Of a stretch of DNA of 64,000 nt, positions 53,770-64,000 are shown one piece after another; position 1 is the stretch's first letter; every line of letters begins with the position of its first letter. The position numbers and the translations under genes were made by a program. The notes beneath the pieces were generated by a model. The model was given only the letters and a program-made list of their open reading frames with translations. It did no database searches and was not told the DNA's origin. The DNA lies in NCBI GenBank assembly GCA_026770705.1, contig JANJGN010000056.1, positions 1,984,001-2,048,000 of the forward strand, in the 5' to 3' direction. This DNA comes from Isurus oxyrinchus. Lineage: Eukaryota.

Positions 53770-54745
53770 GGAAACCTGAGTTCCTCAGGGAAATGAACGA
53801 GGCTCAACCATGTTTAGCTCCCTCTTCAAAGATCTTCCCTCCATTGCAAAGTCAGGATTGGGGATGTTCGCTGATGTTGCACGATGTTCAACACCACTCC
53901 GGATTCCTGAGATAGTGAGGCATCCCTTGGCCAAATGCAGCATGTTCTAGACAATATTCAGGCTTTGGCTGACAACTGGCAAACATTTCACACCATACAA
54001 ATGCCAGCCAATGACCGTCTCCAAAAGAGATAATCTACCAACGACTGCTAACGTTCAATGGCATTAACGAATTTCCCTCTATCAGCAGTTTTCACTCACC
54101 GGAAACTGAACTGGATTAGGCATATAAACACCATGTCCAATAATCCACTTCAGAGGCCAGGAATCCTGCGGAGACTAACACACTTCCTGGCTGCATAAGT
54201 CCTATCCACCACCTTCAAGGCAAAACATAGGATTGTGATGCTATTCTCTCCACAGGCCCAGATGCATGCAGCCCCAACAAAACTCAAGAAGCTTTACAGC
54301 ATCAAGCAGAAAGCAGCCGATTGATTGACGCCACGTCGAGACACAATGAGTCCCTCCACAGCTGATGAACAATGGTAGCAATTTGTGCCTTCTACAACAA
54401 ACACTTCAGCAATTCACCAAGGCTCCTTAGGCCTCACTTTCCAGCAGCAGGTTACCGAAAACACAAAAACCATGAACACCCCTTCAGCCCACACGCCACC
54501 CACCCCTCCCCCCACTTCAGCTCCACCCCTTACCAAAATACTCACAAACCTGCTTTGGAAGTACATTGCTGTTCCTTCTCGGTCTAAATCTTGGAAATCG
54601 GTCCCTTTCAGCACTGTGGGTGTACGGGCACAGCAGGGACTGCTGCAGTTCAAGCATGCAGCTCTCCAGCATGTTCACAAGGTTCACTACTGATTTGCAA
54701 GAAATGCTGTGCCAGCGATTGAGGCCAAAATCCCTTAAATGAATA
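53770..54745 (+). mobile_element. CR1/L2-clade LINE 3' fragment (mirror of 17000-17925)
   Basis: gagttcctcaggg...gtcaggattggggatgttcgctgatg encodes GVPQG...FAD. Confidence 0.75.
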
Positions 54746-56021
54746 ACATAAAAGTTGTTTACGTGGCTGCACAACTGCTTCTTTTTTCCAATTCTCCATT
54801 CAGAGTTCCACGCTCTAGCATAGTCAAATCAATCCTCCATTTTCTTATGAAAGTCTGCTCTAGCTACTTAGCTCCTGTTCTTTTAATAAATCTCTGCTGT
54901 GGGGAAACAGCCCCTGTTACTATTTGAATCTGGGCTTTGATTATCTATCTCCACTCTTTTTAACTCTCTCTTCTGCCAGCTCAGCTCCCGTTATTTCTAA
55001 ATCTCTCCTCTAACAGCTCAGTTCCCGCTCAATTTAAGTCCCTGCTCTGACGTCTCATCTCTCCACTCTTTTTAAAAATGTTCTCACTCATCATCTGCAG
55101 TATTAAAACTATACCAAATCTGAATGTACAGCCAAGCGTTCAGCCCGGAATTTGAGACAGTAGAGATTAATTGCGAATGATCACGATTTTGTAAAAGGCA
55201 TGCCTTTGAATAAGTACATATTTGAGCAACGTAGTTTGCAATCTGATATCACAACAGGGAAAATTAAAGAAGATAATACAGGGGTTATTGGCTAATTAGA
55301 TTTTGAGGTATTCATTGACAACTTAGCGCAGAAAAGGCTGATAATAAAATTTAGTCTCATGAAAGAAGGCAGAAGCGGGGGATCTCTATCAAATTGGATA
55401 CATGTCGGTAACTCACCAAAAACAGAAACTGTTGGTAATTATTTTGTTCGAGTCTGGGTGATGTTAGCCACTGGTTTTCTACAAGAATCTGAGTTGGGCT
55501 CGTGTTCCTTAAACTGTCTATAAACCAGCTGGATAATGGAATACAGCACAACGTCTCATAACGTGTTTATTATACACACATGGTGGAGTGGGTGTTAACC
55601 AGTCAGGATGATACGAATCCGTTGCAGTCGGACACAGATAAATGAGTAGAATTGGCAATGAATTGGCAGGTGCTATTTAATGCATTGCAGAGTATCATAA
55701 TGCACTTTGGCACAATGTGTAGAGGGGTTAATGGATGCAGAATGTCATTATTCTAAACAATGTGGCTGAATAGAGGGACCAGGGTGCATATGCTTCGATG
55801 CTTGAATGTGTTGGACGCAGTCATGGCTTGGGTATGGATAATTGCGTTGGACGAGCCTGGCACCGAGCTATGGGGATGGGATGTGGGGTGCGCTGTGATG
55901 ACTTTTTAATGTGGATGACCTTTCATTTCTGGGTAACATTGGAGGCGTCGGTTTAATTGATGTAAATGAGCGGTCCTTTCTTGTATTTAGAATGTAATGG
56001 CAAGCACGGACAGAGAGAAAC

Positions 56022-56745
56022 AAACACGTGAGTTTACCTGGAAATATAGACAAGTGCCCAGGTCTGTTCTGTCCACTAATTTAAGAAACAATGCAAGTCG
56101 ACAAAATGTGTCTCCATTAATCTACTGTCGATCATCAGAATAAAATTGTCGTGGAGGCCGTTGATAAAGCTACTAATTTACATTAATAATTCCACAACAA
56201 ACGGAGCAGATGTTAAATCGACAGTTTTTCCACACCCAGACATGCGTGATTATGAACAAAAGCACAATTAACTGAAGGCGGAGGCTATGCAAACATCCCC
56301 AACTTGATTGATGGGACAGCAGAACACACGAGAACACAGGACAAGGCAGAACTACTTGCAACAATTTCTGCAATTAGTGGCGGGTGGGTGATCCAAACAG
56401 GCAACAGGTATTGTCCCCAGTATCATAAGTGCAAGTCTTTAGCCAGATAAAATAACTGCACGTGCTATCAAGAGAATGGTAAAGGTTTTAAAATCTGCTA
56501 AGTGCATGTACCCTGAAAAAACGCTGGCATTCGTACCGAGGACATGTGCTCCTGAGCTGGCCAAGCTGCTTCCCAGGAGCTGAAACACGTGAATTTACCT
56601 GGAAATATAGACAAGTGCCTAGGTCTGTTCTGTCCTCTAATATAGGAAGGAATCCACGTCGACAAAATCCGACCCCATTAATCTACCCTCGATCATGAGA
56701 GTAAAATGGTGGTGGAGGTCGACAATGCTACTAACTGACATTTAT
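56022..56745 (+). repeat. Direct repeat of ~165 bp (56022-~56185 and 56583-~56743) within a LINE RT fragment spanning ~56022-56895
   Basis: Both copies begin aaacacgtga(g/a)tttacctggaaatatagacaagtgcc(c/t)aggtctgttctgtcc; offset 561 bp. Confidence 0.85.
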
Positions 56746-57253
56746 TCAGCAATAAATTGTCCACTGATGTGCAGTTTGGAGTCTGCCAGGATCCCTCAGC
56801 TCCTGACCTAATTTCAAACCTGGGGGCAAATTTGCGCAAATGAGGTACACTCAAGAGCTGAGGTGAGAGTGACCGCTGAAGGTATCAAGGCATGAATTTA
56901 CCGTTCTTTCACTGCTGGCCTTGGCCCACTCTGCCATGACTATATTCCCACATCCAGGCTGCTGCTTTTCGGTGGCCAAGAAAGGAATTGTCAGCAGAAT
57001 GCTGGCATTTATCAAATCGCCCAAAAAACTGTAATCCTCATGATTTATTGCATCACAATGTTATTTAATATTTGACAATCGATGTCATAGTAAGGTTATC
57101 GCTGCCTAACACACATTGAGATGGAACTGGCAAAACCATTCGTGATTTACAAATGTATTACTGGAAGCAGTAGCACAATTGGAAGTCATCAAGCAAACTG
57201 GTGACTTTCCTCCTGTCTGATTATAATTGTTCTGCCGTTTCTCTGCCTTGCAG

Positions 57254-58145
57254 TTAACTTGGTGGCGCCGGGAGTTCTGCCGCGTGGTAAGTCTGGGCTC
57301 TCGAAATGTATCAGTCGCTACCTGGTGGCCATGACAGGGGCGCATCGACTCGTCATTATCCTCGACATGGCATTACGACTCATTCCAATTGTTTTCCAGA
57401 AGCAGCTTCTTTTTCCTGAAGTCCATTCCTGTGTGTAATATACATACCGTTCTGATTCATGCGGCTACTAAATGTTGTGTCTGGTTCACTCTATCGTTCA
57501 CTTTTAAATCCATTTGCAGTCATCTGTTGTCCGAAACTGAAATGTAAATATCGCACCGGAGAAACTGCGACTGTCGCCCTGGGAACAGTGACTGGTCTGC
57601 GCTGCAGAAAGAACATGTGGTGGTATTTTATGGTAACAGGCCTGTGCTGAGGAACGTCCCCTGGTTTTATTGGGTACACGGACGTGTTTGGTTGCCGCGT
57701 TTCTGGGCAGCAGTTGAGTTCATACCTGAAATTGTAAACACCGTAGTACCATTTATCCTGATTCTGGTGCTTATTGTTTGCACTGTCAGGCACATTTTAT
57801 TGAGCAGCTGAGCTAGGAAGAGACTCAGGCCTCACAAGAGTGGGAAGACCCCCAGAGACCTAGGAATGTAAAGTCGGAAGAAAACCATTATTATACTCAT
57901 GGCACTTTCAGCGAATTCCAATCTGAATGGTCAGTGCTAATGCTTTATTCTATACGAACCGTATGGTATATTTGGGGTATTGATCTCTAATGACAGAAGT
58001 GCTTGTGGTGGAACTGGGTTTAATGCTGCAGCATCTTACTCCCTGCACAGACACCTACCATCACCCAGGCTAGGTTCAGATCCTAGTAAAAGAATGTGTT
58101 CCAACATTCCTTTAATCTAATTGTTCTGTTCGCTAAACAATTAAG
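57254..58145 (+). pseudogene. GPR139-like GPCR pseudogene (exon 2) of a different subfamily
   Basis: Acceptor ttctctgccttgcag, phase 1. Pieces read VNLVAPGVLPRGKSGLSKCISRYLVAM, FLKSIPVCNIHTVLIHAATKCCVWFT, NPFAVICCPKLKCKYRT, VPFILILVLIVCTVRHILLSS*ARKRLR...M*SRKKTIIIL and ELGLMLQHL. There are at least three frameshifts plus in-frame stops (e.g. TGA 57809-57811). Confidence 0.9.
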
Positions 58146-58399
58146 CAGAACAGAGCACTGCACAGAACATGTTCCCTGTGTGTTTCCCGGATTTGCCGAG
58201 TTTATTCCACATTGTAGCTTGGAATTTTCTCTTGCACTTTTGGAAAAGGACTTCGGAGGTAACTGTCACAATGATGATAGAGTGGGTGTTGGTTGCCTCG
58301 CAATGGTGATACAGTGGAGTGGGCCTGACTTTTTAGAGACCAGATGAGGATCTGGGCTAGGAACTATAATGACAGTTCAGGTGGGACAAGCGGCCACTA

Positions 58400-58990
58400 C
58401 AGTTACCAAACTTTAACTTGTCCTCTCGGTGGTGGATCCTGACTGATTCGTGAATATCACTGGGCGCCATAAACGTGCTGATCCATTGCAACAACAGAGG
58501 CCTGCCCACAAGCTGCCTCCATGACTAACGGGCGCACCTGGATGGTGGTGTTTGAGTATTGCGCCTAGTACACTGCAGGAAGTAAAGTAATTACACTGAA
58601 GACAGGGCTTGTTTTGATATACCAGGTACAAGGGATGCGCATCGAGGTGAGGGGGCTGGGCGTGGGTGAGTGTGGGGATATGCCACGACCAATAGACAGA
58701 GAGTGATTTGTTTGGTTTGACACTGGAATGGCTGAAATATACCAAGCAAATCCGCGAAGAGGATGTATGTCAGATACAACTGGGGCCCTGTGGGATATAT
58801 TACAGGAAAAGCTGGGAGGAGAAGATATGTACCATGAACACCGGGGGAGGGGCAGCTGCAGAAGTTCTATTACATGAACTTAAAGCGGTATCCAATGGAG
58901 GCAGCGACGGGGGGAATATATGGCGGCCACAGTGGGGGAGTATGAGATTTTCGCCGGATGATCGGGAATTAAAAGTTTTCTATCTGGAGG
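58400..58990 (+). mobile_element. Possible Gypsy-type integrase C-terminal remnant
   Basis: Frame-broken peptides around 58750-58890 (KFAKRMYVRY..GP...EKLG...YMNLKRY) loosely resemble the GPY/F region of Gypsy integrases. Confidence 0.25.
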
Positions 58991-59051
58991 GCGCGCTATG
59001 AACCGGTTCTCAGGGGAGGGCAAGGCCATGGCAGGTGACGGACATAGTAAC

Positions 59052-59097
59052 TTCTCTCTCTCTCTCTCTCCCTCTCTCATTCTATCTCTCTCTCTCC
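59052..59097. repeat. (CT)n microsatellite
   Basis: Directly visible. Confidence 0.9.
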
Positions 59098-62000
59098 TAA
59101 ATATACTTTCAAACTTTTAAATAGTCAGTCCAATGCCTATAATAATGGTTATTGTTTCTGCATTTCAGCATTTTGCTAACTTCAACTGACAAATTACTTT
59201 ATAAGCCTCCTTGATGATTAAGTAATCTCTAAGTGGTATGGACTCTGCAACATCTGTTTCACTGTTCAGGGAAATCAGACAAAAAAAAATCTCACTGTGC
59301 ACCATACATGGAGCAGTCAGATCTCAGGACCCATCATGGTTTTACCTCTGTCAAGATCGCCATAGGACCTCCTGTCGCATTGTCGGCTGGGGGCAGGGGA
59401 TTACCGGATTCATGCAGAGATCCTGACAACTACACATGTAACATGACACAGAGTCCAAAAGGCAGCAATGGAAGCCCTCGCGTAGTATTACTGAATATAA
59501 CCACAGTAAAACAACCAAATATGTTGCACCGAGCATTATATTGCAAAGTGACAAGATAAACTCATATTGATATAACATATTTAACAGAATCACCTGGCTT
59601 AAGTTGCTTCAGATCAGCTCCACACAACAGAACATGACAACTCATCACAGGTGTAGTCAAACGGGTCAGTCTTAAAAATTATCTTGAAGCAGAAAAGGGA
59701 GGCAGAGATTTGGAGCCGCGCTGGCGGTGGGGGAGGGGGAGGTGGTGGGGTTTGGGAGGCGGGGTGGGGGGGGGATTCAAGAGCATGAACTCCAGGCAAC
59801 TGAAGGCAAGTTCAGTAATGTTGGAAAAATCACATTCGGGGAGAATTATGCAGCCGGAATTAGACTACCACAGTTATTATGGTGTCTTATGGGGGAAGAG
59901 GAAATTACAGAGATAATTCAGGGAAAACCAAGAGACATCACAGACGTCATTGTGACATTAAATCGCAAATGACGAACCAAACAAACATGAGTTGCTTTCC
60001 CTCGACTCCTGTATTTAAGCTCAAATATGCACTTTTAGTGAAGCAAGAATTGTGGCTGTCACAGGTTATCAGATCGAGGTGAGGGCACAAAGTACAGAAA
60101 GTCCGAATAAGAACACCATGTTTTTTTTTCTAAAAAGAATGCTCGCCTTTCAGAGAAAGAAAGAGATGGGAGGGATCACTAAACACGCAGAATAAAAAGC
60201 TTTCCCAACATAATTTGTTTGTTTTTGCTTCAAAAGTAAAAAAAAGTGCGTTATTCCATCCACCTTGTTTAATGTGAGCACCTTTGTGGGAAGAATCTTT
60301 AGTTAGCCTTTCGTGGTAACATTGATTATTTCACCCTTTCCCCTCCCCCAGTGAAACTGACAGGAGGCGCTGTATATCAACAGACGCTTATTACCCTCTG
60401 CTTATTTTTGTTTAATCCTAGTTATTATTTCAATCTTGCTGCTCTGATCAAAGAGAGGGGGAGCGCACATGGGGACATTAATGTGGGTCAGAACCCGAGG
60501 AAGGGACTGATCTAGGCAGATAGCATTGGTCCCATCATTATATTTGCTTTCACCAACACATATCTTCAGTGAAGTAGAGAGAAATGGAGAGGGCAGGAGA
60601 GGGAATTGAGCTTGTGGTTACAATGCGGCACAATAACTCTTCAGATGTTTGCCGAGCAGAGACTTAATCAGGTTACGTATATTCTGGTAAATAACCAGCA
60701 ACTTCTTTCTCACTCAGCCTTCCTTTCTTTCTCACTCTCTCGCTCTCTCACACACACATTTCTCATGTCTCGCTCTCTCCCTCTCTCTCTCTCTTCCTCT
60801 CCTTCGTTTTATCTCATTTGTTTACGAGGTAATAACATCGCCTTCACGATTTTCCATGTTCCCCAATCCAACTCATCGACCTTCCCTACGCAGCATTCTA
60901 GGGACTGCAGCTTTCAAAAAGGGAAAGTGGCCTGGACCCGGTAGTCAGTTCAAAAATACGGGCTAAAACGAACTCAAATCCAGGGAAATGAAGTGTTTAT
61001 AGATACACTGGAGGGATACACCATGGGAGGATTTATGGCTCTGGTTAGAGTGCATAACACAGAAAGGTCTGCAGACACAGGGAGCTGATGCACTGTGTGA
61101 GGCCTTACCATTCTCAAGGCAGTGAAATGCATGTAACTATTCATAAATGAAGCGGTGGAGTTGATTCGGAGAGAATTCGCACATTTGGACACTCTAAGAA
61201 ACATTAAAGTTTTCACAAGTCCAGCAAACTTCCAATTAAACGAAATCCGGAACGAGCATCCTGGCATTATATTCCCACTAATTGTGTCAATGGAACAATC
61301 GGATTGTCTCTAATAATCTGGTTTTGTAATGCCACATGGTGGAGGAAATATTTCGGCCTCACACTGCCCGACCTACACGTTACTCCAGTCCCACGGTAAC
61401 CTGGTTGACTCTTACCTGCCCGAAGAAATGGGCGAGAAAATAATCACTTTTATAAAGACGCTGCAGGAAAGACGAATAATGATGAAATCGACCTGCCTAC
61501 CCAGCTTGAACCGAGGGACTGCTCAGCACCAGCTTCTCTAGTGGAATTATAGATCAGCAACAAAAGCAGGTCTTGGCTGTGATGGTCACCGCCAATGAAC
61601 GAGGAGGGAAAAGTACAGTTAAACCAACCCTGCGTAATCGAGCCCCAGTCACATCTGGGGTCCAACAGTAAAACAGAAATGCTGACCGTTGTTTTATTAC
61701 CAGCTTGCAGAAACTCACAGTCTTAATAATTAATTACCAACCTGGTCGAGCGAAACATTCAATCTGCCTAAATTGTAACACTGACCATAAACATTGCAAA
61801 GAACGTTAAGGAGTTCTGTCCTTCACAGACCTGGGTGGTCCAACGTTGAAATAAAGAGGAAACGAATACAAAAAGTCGACCTGCCTTTACCTTTAAAGTT
61901 ACATATCTGGAATAAGTAGCAAGTTGTTTATTTACCTTAAAATAATCATGAATTATATAAATCCATCTAGTTCTCTGACGATTGTTCTGGGAGAAATTCA

Positions 62001-62559
62001 CAGGCCTGGTTGGTATGTAACACAAGGCCCAGAACAATGCCATTAACATTTAACTGTCCGCTGGTAAAGTGGCCCCGATGTGTGCTCGGTCGAAAAGACA
62101 TATTCGAAAAAATTGCTGAACTCTTGACTTTTGAGAGCGACGAATTTCTAAATGTCTTAAGGGTTAATGTGTTTTTAAAATAAAATATTATTTGTTGTAT
62201 TTACAATTAATTTATTATTATTCTTGATTTTTTTCGTTTGATTTTTTCCCTCCGTGCAAGGTGCCTTCTCATTCTACCAACAGACATCCTTGTGCGACCA
62301 GTTGGAGCAGGTTACCAAGGCTGATGAGTTTTTTTCCTGTTTATTCTCTTCCTTTAAACTCCAGCAGGAAGGCATTTTTAAGGAACTGAAAGCAGAAAAA
62401 GTAGGAATTCATGATCCAATCATGCAGTGAACATGATTTGCGGAAATAAGAATCGTCCATAATGTTGTTAGTTATTTGAGGATGTAACAAGCACGATGAG
62501 GACATAAGCACCATTAGATGCAGTTTTATTTTAAATTACCTAAATATATCAGATAAGTG

Positions 62560-63778
62560 TCCACTTAAAAAAGTGATTACACATGTTACATCGTCATGGT
62601 TTTAGGATAACATTACATCATGTCTATCGGCTGGCTTAACAGGAAACAGAGTCGACATAACTGGCCCGTTTTTAAGTTGAAAACTATATCTGGACGGGTA
62701 GGGTTCAGTACTGAGGCCTCAAGTTTAACCAAACCGTTTTACAATATTCACTGGGATAAAGAAATGAAGTGCACTGAGGTCAACTTTACTGGGGATATTA
62801 GTATGCGTTGAACAATAATTTTGATAACATTGCGAAGACTCTGCAAAGAAAAATGCTACGTTTTTGTTGAAAAATAATAAAAACACGTTGCAGGAACATA
62901 TAGGAAATTGTCTGATCGCCACTTTGGTAGGTATAGTAGAGTCTGAAGATTTGAAGGTAGAGATAGAATTCTGTCTGTTACAGCAGAAGTTCTCTAGATT
63001 TTCTCGAACATGAATCATGAAGAGTTAGCATACCGGTAAAGGAAGTGAAAAGTAAGGCATATAAAATACTAGCCTTCACTGGATGGTGGGTGATGTATGC
63101 AAGTGGGGACACCTTGCTGCTGAAAATCGTTGGTGGTGTCTTGTGCAGTTAAGCTCTTCTTATTTAAGTGCCATTGCAAATGCGTTAGGCACAGTTTATA
63201 GATGGATCACACGACTGCTTCCTGGTATGAAAAGCTTGTCTTATGAGGAAAGGTCAGTTCGTTGGGCCGCTGCTCATTAGAATTTAGAATTGTGGGAAGA
63301 GATATTCTTGAAACCTATATGGTTCTGGAGCGGGTTTTTCAGGGGAGATGTTGAGAAGATGCTTATCGAGTGGGGGGATCTATAAGTAGGGGAAATGTTT
63401 GATGTTACGGGGCTCCCTTCCAAACAAGGAAATATGGGCATTGCATTTGTCAGGGGGCCGTCGGTATTTGGAATTCAGTGTTACAAAGAACAAACAACAG
63501 TAGACTCTAGGTCGTTAAATATTTTCTCGAAATACTGGGGATAGTGTGCAGAAATATCAAGCCAAGAATGCATTGCCACAGAAGAGTGTGGAGGCCAGCT
63601 CATTAGGTATATTTAAGATCGAGATAGATAAGTTCTTGATTGTTCAGGGGATCAAAGGTTACGGGGGGAAGGCGAGAGAATAGGGTTGAGAAACCTATCA
63701 GCCATGATTGAATGGCAGAGCACACTCGATGGGCCGAAAGGCCTAATTTCTGCTCCTATAACTTATGGTCTTATTGTC
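62560..63778 (+). mobile_element. Composite CR1 LINE 3' fragments: an old copy plus a younger 3' end at ~63565-63778
   Basis: ORF 63083-63280 includes ITRLLPGMKSLSYEER. The terminus reads atcagccatgattgaatggcagagcacactcgatgggccgaaaggcctaatttctgctcctataacttatggtctta. Confidence 0.85.
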
Positions 63779-64000
63779 TCCCTGTTCCCCGAGCTGCGAC
63801 AAATTTTACAAGAGTTTGCCCAATTCAACCAAACCTTTTAGTTTAGATTAGCGGGATACAAACATCAGGCTTGGAAACTTAACATGTGTTATGACACAAC
63901 ATTATTAAAGGCTGAACTAGTTAAAGTCCCAGAGGGGAAACTTAAACAAATGTCATAACCTGTATTTTCAATTCGTCTGTTTTGAGTTCTTGCTCTAAAT

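Larger units (their letters stand above)
39085..56024 (+). repeat. Right arm of the inverted segmental duplication (partner 15630-32165)
   Basis: Same anchor series as the left arm. Homology stops at ...cagagagaaacaaa (56024), versus 15630 in the left arm. Confidence 0.92.

Noticed and set aside
61768-62049. Minus-strand ORF with donor-like aag|gtaaa sites
   Set aside because: There is no homology to the receptor exon 1 and no coherent exon chain was found.
62329-62352. About 21 nt identical to the acceptor tract of the 37598 GPCR stub (tttttttcctgtttattctct)
   Set aside because: The match is low complexity, and the downstream sequence does not translate into receptor-like protein.

Overview
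This is a vertebrate genomic window, most likely from a cartilaginous fish (inferred from the HER1-type CR1 LINE tails and the receptor family). It is repeat-rich and carries a cluster of two-exon class-A GPCR genes resembling the GPR139/GPR142-like receptors that are multiplied in shark genomes. Two genes have open reading frames and sit head-to-head. Gene A is on the minus strand (exons 29147-29078 and 20408-19555, 307 aa). Gene B is on the plus strand (exons 41917-41986 and 51251-52155, 324 aa). They lie in the two arms of an old ~16.5-17 kb inverted duplication (about 15630-32165 versus 39085-56024) around a ~7 kb spacer. Gene A carries DRF->DHF, Y7.53->C and a premature stop that trims the C-tail. 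Two more family relics are present: a truncated but still open TM1-TM3 exon in the spacer (37598-37911) and a frameshifted pseudogene of a different subfamily (57254-~58145). The rest is CR1, CR1/L2-like, L2 and RTE LINE debris, simple and tandem repeats, a decayed tRNA-like copy and a weak candidate spliced transcript at 10-14 kb. Repeat boundaries are approximate and were read by eye.
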